DNA from: the human T2T-CHM13v2.0 reference genome, Homo sapiens | DNA length: 64,000 nucleotides | Assembly (NCBI RefSeq): GCF_009914755.1 | Contig: NC_060925.1 | Direction: 5' to 3' (one strand) | Part shown: in pieces, positions 13,728 through 30,709 of the stretch | How the letters are laid out: every line of letters starts with the position of its first letter | How positions within the stretch are numbered: the stretch's first letter is position 1 | Notes under the pieces: model-generated | The model's input: the letters and a program-made list of their open reading frames with translations, nothing else | Database searches by the model: none | What the model was told of the DNA's origin: nothing | Made by a program: the position numbers and the translations under genes

Positions 13728-14825
13728 AGTCACTAGGATTTTTGTTGTGCTTTTGTTTCCTCTTCTGTATAATGGAATAACCAAGACTTTTGAAGGACTT
13801 CGGTGAAAAAAGGATTGTGATTGTGATTTGCTATTAGTTGGCAGTGGTTTCCTTAGCTAAGCAGCAAATCAACACACATAAATGTCCCATGATGTGGAGT
13901 GACACAGACTATACAAATGAATAATGTATTCCAGAGTCACATGAAACCATCTATGATGAGCCCAGACACACAATATATCCAAAACAATCAGTCCGTTCCT
14001 TCTTAGTACCTCATAAACCATTTTATACTTTCATTTTATTCTTACCATAGATACCAAGGGCAGTTATAAGCTTCATTTTACAGATGAGAAGTTCTGATCT
14101 ACCTAAAGTCAATGAGCAATTGTTGGTATTGACGTGGCTTAACATTATGTGTCCTGACTCCTAGTCAATGGCCTCCCTGAGATAGATTGCTTAAGATGAA
14201 GAGATGTATTTCCATCACTGTGTTCTGCCTACTGACACTTGAAACTCTTTGTATCTAAAACCATACCTATAAATAGTCTCTCTACCCACCCAGACTTCCT
14301 CCTTGGCCCATGTTCTGTATGTCAATTAACAGCAGCTTCATTTTACTAGTTACCTAATCTTGAGACCCAGAATAAGTTCTGACTCCTTCCTGGCTCTCCC
14401 TCGTGAAGAGCTTCTCTCAAGTGACAAGCATGTGGTGGTTACCGTGCCAGACACCAAGATAATGAAGTGTATTGGTGAGAGGGGAGAGGAGGAGAAAAAT
14501 CAACAGACAAGTTCAATTATGATAACATGCTAAGTGCTGTGATGATAAAGGTGAACCCTGGGCACTTGACCCAGGTTGTGAGCTCTGAGCTGGGTCTTTT
14601 AAAAATGGTAAGAATTACCCAGGTGATGTGCTTGTGGCAAGCATGCATTTTGGAATCTATAAAATATGCATGCAGAATGGATCATTGTTTAAGAGGTAGT
14701 TGAGTATCAGAAAATAAGAGTAATGCTAAGCCAGATTTTAATGGATCATTTATATCAGTCTGAGGTGTTTTGTTTGGGTTTGTCTGGTTGTGTTTTATGT
14801 GTTTTTTACCCTGAAGCCAACCAAC

Positions 14826-16581
<1,756 letters not shown>

Positions 16582-19500
16582 TAGGGTTGTTGTAGTAATT
16601 AACTGACGTAATGTAGATAAAAGCCTTACCTGGTACATGGTCAAGTGTTCAATATGCTTACCACCCCTGGAGCAGCATAAAGAGTATCCAGTGATCCCTG
16701 AAATATATGGCCCCTGCAGAATAGTATATGGCAAAACAATACTCAAGATGTAAGTGGGAAGTGGGAATTGGGAAGGTGGGACACAGTATGATGCCAGAAA
16801 TTTTGTTTGGAATCCTCAGAATGTTAATTTATTTTCTTCTCCTCCAAAATGTTTGCTGTTGTACAGAACATTACTGAGAGGTGCTAAGTCAGTTTTGTTC
16901 TGTTGAGGAAGTATGTGTGTTTTCGTTTGTCTGTGTCTCTGTGTATTTAGGATAGCTCTTGTATTTTCTATTTGGCAAGCGCGGGAGGTGGACAGCTTGG
17001 TGTGTTTTTCTGAGTGGTGTTGGGCTGGTCATCAGGAAGCCCAGATTTCCTTGAGGTGGGAGGCAATAAGCTTTCCATTACAAACATGTTCTGTGTGTCC
17101 CTACCTCTGGTGGACAATATTGTTGAGAAAAACAGAAGTCGCAACCCAACAAAAATCCATCTTTTTCCCATAGATGAGGTGGTTTAAGAATTAAAGAGGG
17201 CAGGCAAGGAGTTTGGGGGACATGGTTGGTTTTGTTTTGACTGCAGAGGCTGATGACATAAGAACCAGTTAGATGTAGATGGTGAAATTGGAAGGACAAC
17301 GTCTGGGGGTCAGAGAATCTGGGGCCCATCTGTTAGAATTATTCATGGAGAGTTTAGTATACTATATGCTGGAGGGTCTTGAGACTCAACAAATGGGAAG
17401 TGAGAATGCCTGAAATGGAGAAGGCATATTTTTTCAGCTGCGTATCTGACAACAGTTTGTGTGCTGTGGCTGAAGAAAAATAAGCCAATGGTTATTACAA
17501 AATTGTGGGGGTTTGCTTAGAATTAGCATAGTAACTCTAAGAAGTAGTCAGTTTGTTGAAGTCCTTACACGGAGGGTGATGGAGGAAATAGAGCTTGTCA
17601 GAAGAACTGTTTCCTTCCATTTTATGATATTACTTTGTCAGTATTTTATAGTATGGAGATCAAATAGAACCTGTATTGCAGAGCCTTACATACTGGGATG
17701 CTCTGGGCAAAAGCATCTTGGAATGGTGGTAGGCACTGGAGGTCGGATCTAAGAGCACCTCTCTCTCAGGTACCCTCATCTGTATTCTAACTGCTGCATG
17801 CCAAGAATCTTCCCTTGGTTTAGTAGAAAGTGTTCTAGACCCAAAAGCAGAGGGCGTGATCCCCGCACTGTGCCTTACACGTAGTCAGGACTCAATAAAT
17901 ATTTGATAAGGCAAGAAGGAGGGGGAAAAAGCAAGATGACTTACTAGATCCATTGATCAGAATTTGCCTCCTCTAGTTATAATAACTGTATGGACATAGA
18001 TAAGTTGCTTCACTTGTCTCAGCTTCAGTTTTCTGCTTTGTAAAATGACAGTAATTATATTGACTTTATAAAATGAATTGTTAAGAGATTTCAAAAATAT
18101 ATAAGCAAAATATCTAGAATGATACCTGGTCTCTTATTGTTATTTTTATCTAAATCTCATCTCCCTCTTTACTTATTATCTGCTTGGCACCCTGGGAATT
18201 TTTCGTTGGTAAAGGTTTAGAGAAGGAGAAGTGGGCTGGCAGCACCATATCTTATCAGTTTTTTCATCCAGGCATCATAGGCCTTCAATGTTTTAATTTT
18301 TTAAAGCAGTTTGGATTTTTCTGAGCTGCTGTGAACTTTTGTTAATATAAAATAGAGACCATATTGACTTTGGAAACAGTGAATATCTATATATCTTCCC
18401 TCCCTACCTACATGTAGCTGTTTAGAAATGTGACTTAATAGTGATCACCACAGAGACTATCCTTACAGTGAAACATCCTTTGTAAGCAGATTTCTAATTC
18501 ATATGAATATTAATATCAACAGGAGTGCATTGTCCCTTAGAGACAGACCTCATCCCCTCCTAAGGGGTTCACAGATAGAATTAAGAGATTCATCCATTTG
18601 GATGTTAAATAAACTAGATCTTTATTTTAATTGATCTCTAATTCAATCATAAATTAATGTAACAATCCACAGTGTACTTTTCATGCCAGCGATGTTTGCC
18701 ATCAAAGAAATCATGGCCATTTTCATCTCACATAACAGTTGTTGAATGTCTTGAAATATCGTGTATACTCATCATGATTTCCAAATCATGGAAGGTATGA
18801 GACCTACCATACTCTTTCTTTCTTAATGCATTAATCTTTCTCAATGCATTAATAGGAAGCACATATATTATCATAAACTTACATTTGTAATATTTTGGAA
18901 ACTATTTTTATAATAGGTTTCTTTTGTAATCTTAAATGTTTTATTTGTATGCTTTACAAAGATTCTGTCTTCTCCAGACTACCAATGCATTTATGGAACA
19001 GAAACTATTAAGATCTTGTGCCTTAGAGTTGGTTGGAGGAGGAATGGCCCTAACTTACAGCCAACTAAAAAGATTCCCACTACACAGTCTTTAGTGGGAC
19101 CAAATTCACCTTCCACTGGCCCACTGATAGTCTGCTGGGCTCTATCCAAATAATCTTAAATTATTAGATATCATTCCTGCTTGTAAGGGCTTTAGAGTAA
19201 AAGATTTTATGGTTGCTCTGATAATTAATACTTAAAATGGTAAATACTTGAAATGCTTGTAATGAGAATACTTGAAATGAGAAAACACTTCCTCTTGCCC
19301 TTGCTCATCAGTGGTCACAGTGAGCTACCTGTGATGGCTCTGTGTTTTTAAAAGACTGACATTAAATTTTTTCCATATGTTCGTCTAAATAACCTTTCCC
19401 TGGTACCACTGGGACATTCCATATATATGGTCTTGGGCCATTGATAGTAGTCTCATAGTGCTGACTTATATCTTCTAAGTCAGTAGGAGTGAGGATGCTC

Positions 19501-21218
19501 CCCTCTTCCCCTTTTTTTGTATAAACTTGATCAAAGCCAGCTGGAAGTTTGTTCTTCCTCTCTATTTGTAAATCTGTATACTTCCTTCCCCATGGAGCTT
19601 AAGGCTTCCTATGTAAGAGATACTAAACACATAGCTACATAAAGAATACACAGGACGTTACCAGTTTTTGCTATGAAGGAAAATACCAGGTACTATAAGA
19701 GAGGATAAGAATCGAGAGTGGTCAGGGGAGGATCTCTTAGAAGGTGGAATTTCAGGCAAAACCTGAAGGATTAAAAAAGAGCTTTATGAAAAGTGAAGAA
19801 AGAATTTTCCCCGGCCTAAGGATCACCTTGTACCAAGGGCACATTTGTGGAACTGAAAGAATTGGCTCTTGATGTACAGTGTACTGAGTTGAAGGGGGAA
19901 GAGGTGAGGTTGGAGAATAGGAAGGAGCCAGGTCATGCAGGGCCTTGTAGAGTTTGAATTTAATGCTAAGTGTAGTACAGTAGGGAACCTTTGAAAGGTT
20001 TTAAGCAAAGCAACAGGGGATTTGATTTACATTTTAGAAAGAAGCCTTTGGATGCTATATATTGAGTAAATTTAAGGTCAGACAGCTTGCCAGTCTTAAG
20101 AGATGGGACTTGAACCTGTGGCTTTTCATTCCCAGTCCATTCTGATTTACCAGGGTCTTTTTTCTAGTTGATAAGTACCAATCCGAATTAAATAGAAAAT
20201 GCAAAATAGCACCAGGCCTTTTCCAAGTGGCTTCCTTATACTTGCTCAGGTTGACAGTGAAAAATAAAAGCCACCTAAGGCTCATGTCTCTAACCTGTTG
20301 AACAACTCAAAATAATTAAGAGATCACAACTATACCATTTCTCAGTTATATAAAAACCCCATCTCTTATCTAACATATGCTATTTAGTGTTTAAGGTTTC
20401 TCAGAGTCATACATGCACTATCAGCTCTGCCTGTTAAGCAGTAGCTTGTGTCTGTGCGATTTTCCAGGTAAACCAGCCTGAACTACCCAGCTAATGTTTG
20501 CCAGCTTTAGCCGTTCAGCAGTTTGTTTTTCTTTATAAGATTAAGTGGTCAGTTTCACCTTAGGTTTTATTCCAATTATGAAATCATTTCGTTTTGTTAC
20601 ACCTCTGCTTAATTGTACTTATTTACATTGTATGTACAAACTAATAAATCTGTTATTTTGATTGAGAAACCCCTGCATGTTTATATATTTATTCTGCCTC
20701 TCAAGAATACTCAGTAAGTTTTTTATCTGTTGATTGCTAATTCATCTAGCATGTATTTCTTAATACGGAAGTACTATATGTAGTGTTAAAGGCAAGCACA
20801 CCTAAATCAATCAAATCATGCTGTGCTCTTGCCACCTTGAGCATGTTAGTTCTGCATCTATAAAATAGGAATAAAATAACAAACCCATAAGGTAATTGTG
20901 AAAAGTAGTACACCATATGTGAAACTGTTTTGTATGATGCTCAATACATTTTCACTGTTTTATTAAAACAGTTTTATTGAAGTATAATTGACATCCAATA
21001 AACTTCACATGTTTAACATGTGCAGTTAGTAGATTTGGACATGTATAGACCCATGAAATCACACAAGCAGACTTTTTATCTCTCCATTTATCTATTTCTA
21101 TGCTGGTTGCATTGGCAAACTTTCTTAATCAAGGCAGTGGTGTTCGGAGAAGGGAGTGTCTAGGTTTTAAGACATATTTAAAATTATCATTGCTTCTATA
21201 TTGATGTCACAATATTTA

Positions 21219-21567
<349 letters not shown>

Positions 21568-23025
21568 TTAACACACAAACATACAGATCATCCCAGCCTG
21601 TGTGCTACAGATACCAATCCTGCAGCTCTCAGAGAATGTGTGCCTCAATGTGAAAAGAACTAGGAATCTCTGCTTTAGGATACAGAGATGAATCAGGTAT
21701 AGATCTTGCCCTCGAGGATCTTAGAATCTAGGGATGGAGGAGCTGGAACGTACCTATAACACCGATAATGCGGAGTGGAAGGTAGGAAGAGGTAAAACAC
21801 CGGAGGAGGATTTAAGAGGGTGCAGTAACTTCTAGCTTGGGGATGCACTTCACTGAGGAAAAAACCATTTATTGCCTCCTGCACATGTGTCTGTCTGAGG
21901 TAGGTGTAGGTGTATAGAGCAATTCAGACAGATACAGACCCTGCCCATTAATCACTTAAATCCTAATGCTGTGCATCACCGCTTAATGGGTTGGGCATCT
22001 GCCCAGCTTTTTTCCTGGACCACTTCCAACATTTCTGAGGAAAGAGTGAGTGTGAAGGACCCTGTGGCTAGACACCAGCCCAAGTTATCCGGTGGCTAGA
22101 CACCTAACTGACTCATAGGAATGGGGGAAGCCCCCTCTGGGTTGCCTGTGTGGATAATAAGGCTCTCATTCACCTCCACATCTAGGTCAGAGAGGGGCCA
22201 CCTGGGATGCACAGCACATTGATAGATTACTTCTGGGCCCACGGGGCCTCATTACCATCATATCCATCATCTTCTGCTAGTACCAAATAATGGATGTAAT
22301 TTAATCAGATGCCAAAGGAGTCCTCAGCAGGAGAATTGGAGAAACCTTGCCTGAAACTGTGCTATAGTGTTGGAATGATTATAATGAACCAGAATGATCT
22401 TTTGTGGTGAGACTAAATGTATCATGCACTATATGAGTTCTGATTTATTTTTAAAACATTCTTGCTCCCATTGGCTCCCCTTTTAATAGTTTCTGTAGCC
22501 TGTTTATTGTTACAGATGTTACTTTTAAATGAGGTCATTGAGCTTTCCTTTACTTCCAAAGGCAATGTTTGCCTTTTTATTAAGGGGTTGGCAGGGCTGT
22601 CTGGAGAACAGTGCTAATGTGAGATCAAGGTTAAAGCTTCAGACCCCAGGAGACTAGGTGGAGAAAAAGCCTCTTCCATGTTTACACACACTCATGTCAG
22701 CCAGATGTCTCACAAAGGGCAAGTTTCCTGGCAGAGAGGCGAGAAGACAGGCATTGTGGTCACAGACTGCCTTGACTCTCATGGCCCCTTCTTGCCCACT
22801 GTGAAACCTCAGGCATGTCAAAAACAAGCTCCCTGAGCCTGTTTCCTCAGCTGTCACTTGGAGATAATAATTTTTATTCCTAGGACTTTTGTGAGGATAA
22901 AACGTGTTATAGCCCCTTGGTATGCATGAGGGACCTGGGGAGGGCAAGGGATGTAATAGCTAAAAGTCTAAGGCTTTGGAAATGCTTTAAGTCCTATGTG
23001 TAGTATATTTTGCATATCTTTGTTA

Positions 23026-23223
23026 GAGGACCGCTGACCAAATCTAGCTTGCCAGTGATTTTTGTAAATAAACTTGTATTGGCACACAGCCCATTCATTC
23101 ATTTACAAATGTCTATGTCTGCCCTCTCAAAGACAGATTTGGGTCATTATGACAAAGACCTTATGGTCTGCAAAGCCAGAAATATTTACTATCTGGCCCA
23201 TTACAGAAGTTGGTCGATCACTG
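23026..23223. mobile_element. MER58A-like hAT-Charlie element
   Basis: tttttgtaaataaacttgtattggcacacagccc...aaatatttactatctggccc. Confidence 0.7.
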
Positions 23224-23312
23224 TACCAGACTGAAGGAAAGTTTCTATACAGAGATCTGGTCATTTAAAGCAGTGAGGGATAGGGGATGAGTGGGAATTC
23301 TAAAGTGTTCCT

Positions 23313-23903
<591 letters not shown>

Positions 23904-25241
23904 TAAAGTGTTCCTAAATGTCTATGGATTTTGCTCTATTCTGATTTAAACACCTGAAACCTTAGTGCATGTTAAAAGACTGGTTTGTTGAGGTGAGAAT
24001 TAAATGCTATATGTGGGAGCATTAGCACAAAGCTGTCACATGCAGATGCCAGGTAGATGTTTGCTAAGTCGAGATGTTTGCTAGAGTCGAGTCTCCATTA
24101 TGTTTCATCAGTCCCCACATAGGCATAACCCTGTTTGGCTCTGGGCATAAGTTTCTGGGAGTGGGCAGGTTGACAGAGGCATCACCATGGGGCACTTTTA
24201 TGGAATAGTCACATGTTGTTCCAGTATTTTCTTCTATGTAAGTTATTGTTAACAATTAGCCTAAAATGAGGTTTATTGACCAATGTCTTTATCTTTGCCT
24301 CATGCTTTGAAATTGTTCCAGTGACAGGCGGAGCCAGCACTAAAGTCATACCTGAGTATGTACATGCTAGAAATAAAGACGAAACTGGCATTTTAACGCC
24401 AACCACAAATTTTAATGGCTGTCACATGTGTTAATTTTTGGAAAGCAATCAAAATATTTGCCATAGATCAAAAAGATAGTCCTCAGATAACATATTGCTA
24501 CTGGCAGAAAGACCTCTGCAAAGTAAATGAAACATTAAAAATGGTGATCCTCACTCGGATGGAAAACGGGAAAGGAGTTGAATATATTGTCACTCCGCAC
24601 TCTACATCATATGTAGATGGCAACAGCAAATGCTATGCACTTATGTACACTGTCCTTTAATAAGTCATTGAGAGGAACTTGGCCTCTGGCTTCCTGTCTT
24701 GCTAATTGAGCACTCTCTGTAGTTACCCTGCTGTAAAGCTCTCACTCCCCTCCTCTTGCACATTGGTCATCTTGGGAGGTGGGTATGTTTTCAAGGTACA
24801 TACCCAAATGGCAAAAGTCCACCATACTTTGTAGAAGGCGCCTAGCATAATGCCTAGAGGGTCACAGGCATTCACTCAGCACTTGTTCCCAACACCATCT
24901 CAATGACAACAGGTAGATCTTTGCTATCTTTGGATTTCCATAGCCCTTCTCTGTACCTCACGCAAGCTCTTAATCAGATACTGTGATAATTAATTGAAAG
25001 TTTAGTGTGTATTTCCAATCTCCCTCAATTAGTCTTTCTCTTGTAGGTAAGGATTTAGTATTTTTTTTTTCTCCTTACCTCCATTCCAAAAAGCCATTCC
25101 CTGCCTATGGTAGGCCAAGAACAAATCATGAAAAGTTGATCAAAGCCAAGCAGACATCAGAATAATAGTGGATATAAATACAGTGAACTAGAGACAGCAG
25201 AGACTGGAAGCAAGGCCTGTCTGTCTCAGATAAAATCTCAG

Positions 25242-25545
25242 GGCTGGGCATGGTGGCTTATGCCTGTAATCCTAGTACTTTGAGAGGCCAAGGCAGAAGG
25301 ATCACTTGAGGCCACGAATTTGAGGCCAGCCTGGGCAACACAGTGACACCCTGTCTCTACAAAAATAAAAAAAATTAGCTGAGTGTGGCGGTGCCCACCT
25401 ATAGTCTTAGCTACACAGGAGACTGAGGCAGGAGGATCACTTGAGCCCAGGAGATCAAGGCTGCAGTGAGCTGTGATTACACCACTGCATTCCCACCTGG
25501 GCGACAGAGTGAGACCCTGTCTCAAAAAAATTTTTTAAATAAAAA
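25242..25545 (+). mobile_element. AluJ
   Basis: AluJ-type diagnostics (ggaggatcacttgagcccagga...gctgcagtgagctgtgat). Confidence 0.9.
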
Positions 25546-27471
25546 AATAGAATAGGAATTCAGTCCTGCTAATATAACAAACCTTCAGAACAGGACAGTC
25601 ACTGTTCTGAGTGCCAAGGAGACAGAGTAGACCATCGTCTTACCTTCTTGGAGTTCATGATGCTCTAGAGGAGAAGAGGCGGGCACATGACTGTTGCACC
25701 TGAGTTCACAGGGAACCATCACCCCCACAATATCCTGCAAATCTTTGCAGCTCCCATTTCATAATGTAATTCCTGATGCTACATATGGTATAAAAACATA
25801 ATACCGTAATTAGTCCACCCACTTTTATTTGAGGCCGAGGGATTTAGTGAGAAACACAGAGTCAGAAGAGCTATGTTCAAGACATGATCTTACCACCTAC
25901 TAGCTGTGGATATTCATTTGTGTAGGAACTATTTACACTCACTGTGCATGCATTTTTCTAGGCTATACGGGGGACAAGGCCAACCAAGTTCTTCATTGCA
26001 TGGACCTTAAAATGTAACTGGGGGTGGGGAGGGAGAAGAGAAGAATGAACTGGTATTAAACAAATGATATTTCAGATGGTGATAGATGCTATGAAGAAAA
26101 TAAAATGTGTCAGTGTTATAAAGGGCCATTTAATTTCTTTGAGCTTCAGTTTCTTCAATGCAATCTGAAGATAAGAACACATATCATGTATTATTTTGTG
26201 CAACTTAAATATCCTGTGTGAAAGCTCTTTGTCTACAGTAGAGGTGAAGATCCATCATCATTGTTAGAGTCATATCTCAGCCCTGATAGTCATATAAACA
26301 GATCCTTATTTGATCACATGGGTGTTTAAAGCTTAATGTATTTTCTGGTCAAATACACCTCATGCATTCCTTCCTTTTTACCTTAGCTCGGAATCTTCCC
26401 CCCACTGGATTTCTTTTTGTTCCATTTCCATCTGTATAAGTCTGCTTGTATATCAATTATTACAATAGGGCTTGTTTTGTGCTCGTCTTTGTATATCTTG
26501 CCAAATGTAAAGCAGTGACCAGCACATAGTAAGTGTGTAATAAATAGCTGAGTCAGAATGGAGCAGAACAAAAGATCCTAAGAGCTCAGAAAAGAGGAAA
26601 TTCTGATTGCGGGAGAGGGTAAGAAAGACTTCATGGAGGTCGTGGGACAGGATTGCACACAACAAGGTGGTTGGCACTTGGGCTGAGGGAATGGCAGACG
26701 CAGGTCAGTGGTAGGGATGCTGTGTAGATGAAGGGAGGCAGTATAGCATGATGTAAGGAACACAGGAGTCAGGGCAGCCAGGTTTGAATCCCAGCTTGGC
26801 CATTTACTGATGAGGTCTTTGATAAATCACTTAAGCATATTTTCTCGACTCCAAAGTAGTGATAACAATACCACCCACATCTTGGGGTTGCTTTATGGAT
26901 GACATGAGATAACATAAGGAAGCCTATATTCCAGCACTGGCACAGAGGAATCATTCCATAAGTAACAGCTTTACTGAATGATTATGGCCTGTCTTTTTAA
27001 GTACCATGTATGCTGTTTCCTTCATTGCAAAGTAAAGGCAAGGTTAAGGTCACAGGTCTAGTCCCTCTGGTGATGAGGCCTATTAACATCAGCCTATTAA
27101 CATCACTGTTTTCTACAGTTACAGACTGTACCCCAAGCCAACTAGTGTGTGCTAGCCCAACAGGGACCAGCTCAGTGCAGGGAGAGATTAATGCAAATGA
27201 ATCATTTGTACTGGAAAAACAATCCAAGACATATAATGTCATGGTACACTATTAAGAGTAATAACTTCACTTAGCTGAAACATTGTATTTTCTGTTCTTG
27301 GGGTGTTTTTTAAGGGGCAGAAAGCAAATGTTTCATAGAAAATTTACAATCTTGTATCTAGTGGGATTTCTTCATACTAGAAGCAGTTTATGCAAAACAG
27401 ATGCCTGAGGAGCAGTGCCTGCATGCACCTGTGGATTTGGTGGTTATATTTCATTTTCCTTACACCTCTAG

Positions 27472-27598
27472 TTCTTGCAGACAACCTGAAATCCAACCCT
27501 GGAATTAAGTGGCAATATTTCAGTTCAGAAGAAGGAATTTTCACTGTTTTCCCAGCACACAAGTTCCGGTGTAAGGGCAGCTACGAACACCGCAGTAG
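27472..27598 (+). CDS. CACHD1: CACHD1 exon (127 nt): VLADNLKSNPGIKWQYFSSEEGIFTVFPAHKFRCKGSYEHRSR, alpha2delta-like N-terminal Cache/VWA_N segment
   Basis: Acceptor cctctag|TT and donor TAG|gtatgt. Lies within ORF 27390..27695. WQYFxSxxG is typical of the alpha2delta family. Confidence 0.95.
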
Positions 27599-28417
27599 GT
27601 ATGTTGACTTGCATGCTAAAGTTTTTAATTATTGCTTAAGAGTGATCTACATGAAATATAAAACTTCTCATTTCTACTCATGGCTATGCCTTTAAGCTGT
27701 GGATTCAGAAATTTGTACTTGTTCTGAAATGAATTCACCATTTAGTATATGTGGATGTGAAATTCCAGGCAAGGGCAAATTACAAAACCCAGAGCTTTCC
27801 TATAGCTATCTAATATGCCAAATATAAAAAGGTACTTACTCGTGAAGTCAAATTGTGTGAAGCACCTAGAGTGTTTTGAGTTTCAGAATTCTTTGTTGAA
27901 ATGTAAATGATGGTACCTTATCTATAGTGCAGCCCTTGAACATAACTTTATAACATATCTCAGAGTAGTTTGTTATACTCAACTTCCCTTTCTATGATGA
28001 CATGCTTGGCCATACTGCATGAAATTTACATGCAGATTTTAACTATTAGAAGTTTTGAGGTGAGCAGAAAGCATTGGATTAAAAATTACTAACATCCTGC
28101 TTTTCTCTCACAGACATGACTTGAGATTCTACCATGTAGCCAGAAGGGCAATAATGGTGAGATACTTTGTATGACAAGACTCATTAATTATAGAACCCCC
28201 CCGAAGCAAATATACTTTCCTATTTAATCCTGACAGTTTCCTGTTTGCAGTGTTAGATGTTTGATGCCAAAACATCTGGAGCTCTAGTGCAGGGCACCCA
28301 CTTTTCACACCATTTTCTGGAGTCTACACAATTACTTTAGCTTCCCTTCATCTTCACTTTAAATTTTATCTAGAATTTTTCCCCAAGGAAAATACTTCAT
28401 CTGTGCTTTTCCTAAGA

Positions 28418-28699
28418 TTTTTTTTTTTTTTTTCCTGAGATGGAGTTTTGCTCTTGTTGCCCAGGCTGGAGTGCAATGGCACGATCTCAGCTCTGCAAAC
28501 TCTGCCTCCCGGGTTCAAGCGATTCTCCTGCCTCAGCCTGCCGAGTACCTGGGATTACAGGCACCCACCACCATGCCTGGCTAATTTTTGTATTTTTAGT
28601 AGAGACGAAGTTTTGCCATGTTGGCCAGGCTAGTCTCGAACTCCTGACCTCAGGCCTCCCAAAGTGCTGGGATTACAGGCATGAGCCACCGTGCCCAGT
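28418..28699 (-). mobile_element. AluS with a short internal deletion
   Basis: Reverse-complement Alu flanked by tcctaagat TSDs. Confidence 0.9.
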
Positions 28700-29756
28700 C
28701 GTCCTAAGATATTTTTAATGTGTGTGTGGTTTCTTCCTTTCCCTCCCCACACATTCTGGTGAAGACTTGGGTGTCTTGGAGACTGGACCAGAAGCCATGA
28801 TCATGGCTTCTCACGAGAACAAAGGCCACCATGAACCATCTAATTCTCATTTGCTTCTAAGAAGAGATGGGCTAGATGGCATGCTGATTTTAACGAAGGA
28901 CCTGTGAAGAAAAGTTTAAAAAGGAAAGTGAAACCTTGTCAAAATCAGCATTCACCTACACAAGGCAATTCGGAAAGTTTTCATGTATCTCCACCCTAAA
29001 TCTGCACTAATTAGCCCTTGAACCTCTTTTCCCTTGGCTAAATGATCCACATTTCTCTCTGATAGACTGCGATTCACATTTCTTGTCCTAACTGCTTTCC
29101 TATGATGCCTTTCCAAGTTCTCTACATTCTTTGGAAGTATGGAATGGATTTCAGGACATAGCAACACAAGAAAGGAAGTGGTAGATACCAGTCATTCTAT
29201 GAGGACTGCCCCCCAGTTTGTACATTTAACATCACTATTTATATATCCCACTAAAGCAGCGTTTAACAACTTAATGTGACAATGCCAACACATATCCCAA
29301 GTTTCATTTATGTGAATTGAATTTTAACAAAGGAAGTGTGTCATTTTAAAGAAAATCCACCCATCTAGCTTGGAGAATCTAAAAAGTTAAATATTTGACC
29401 TACTTGTCAGTGTTGAGATGATCAAATTTTCCTTCTTTTCTGTACTCTGTTTCATTTCTGTAGCCACCTCTCCTGGATTCTTTTTATTGCATTTCCCTAG
29501 TGGCTCAATGGTATCGACTCATGAAAATATAGTGGTACTTTAGTAATTACTGCAGGACTTTGGGCTTGAGAACAACTAGTGTAAATTTGGCCAGATTTTG
29601 AGTTTTTTTGGTACTTTGCCTGCGTTTCTTAATTTGTGCCCAGGCTTTTGTGATTCAGCTGGCATCTAACATTTCACAGGAAAATCTAGTGTTTTAGGGA
29701 TGTCAGTAAAGGAGAGAATTCTCTTGAGGCTGATTTGCTTTCTTAAACTCCTTCTA

Positions 29757-29979
29757 ATTTGTTCCAGCTTTAAAACTGTGAATAGAGACCTCATTAAACC
29801 TCTTCTCACAAACCTTCCTGCACTGCACATTAGCAAAAGGCTGCTTTGATGGGAGGCATTTCTCCTTTGTGGCTGCCCCCAACCCCCTTTTTTTCAATGT
29901 TGGCAAACAAAAACCTGGCAAGAAGAGTGGCTATCACAGACTTGGACAAATTTTGATGGCACAGTTTTAAATGCTCAGA
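29757..29979 (+). repeat. Local direct duplicate, copy 1 (paralog at 35586-35807)
   Basis: First 42 bp identical; alignable over about 220 bp. Confidence 0.93.
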
Positions 29980-30350
29980 TAAGGGGCCTTTTGGTGGCTG
30001 ACCTATGTGAATTGTTTCAGTCCAGAAAGGAAAGGGGCCTCTTAGCAGGAGCCTTTGTATGAGAAGAGAGAAACCAAACCTGCCATTCAAAGCTGCTCAG
30101 CATGCTCACGGGTTATAGGCTGCCTCACTTCTAACCAAGCCCCACTCTGCAAGTCTGCAGAGGAGAATCCAACCCTGGTGATGGGACCTTTTTCTCCTTG
30201 GCTGGTCTCTCAGCCCAAGGGACCACTACATCCACATCCTTTAGCAAAACAGGTACACTGGGCAATACCAAGCAGAGGTTGTGCATATTTTATATGAGGA
30301 TTTTAACTACTAGAAGTTTTAAGCTGTGCAGAAAGCATTGGGTTAAAGAA

Positions 30351-30412
30351 CACTAACATCCTGCTTTTTTCTGAAAAAAAAAAAAAAAAGAGAGAAAAGC
30401 AGGATGTTAGTG
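30351..30412. repeat. Hairpin with 22-bp stem (18 bp perfect) around an A16 loop
   Basis: cactaacatcctgctttt pairs with aaaagcaggatgttagtg. Confidence 0.95.
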
Positions 30413-30709
30413 ATGCTGAAAAAGCCAACCTCTGAAAGGGTTTGCTCCTGAAAAACTTCTCTTGTCTGCTTTGATCTTTAAAGGCATAAATTACCCATCC
30501 CTGTTCTACAGACACACCTTGTTGTCTTAAGTATTATTTTCAATGCACCAATATGGTTTCTCCTTCCATGTGGATCTCTCCATCCTTGTGCCATCCCTGG
30601 GAGAACACAGAGACCAACATGCCCATGCACTGTAGTGTTCACAGCTGTGTTAAGTTGAGGCCCTTTACCTAAACCAAGACTGACCCCAGAGAGCTTCTTC
30701 TCCCTCCAG

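Noticed and set aside
26997-27255. Antiparallel overlapping 81-aa ORFs
   Set aside because: Not palindromic and no homology recognised. Only a 14-bp tandem duplication at 27078-27105.
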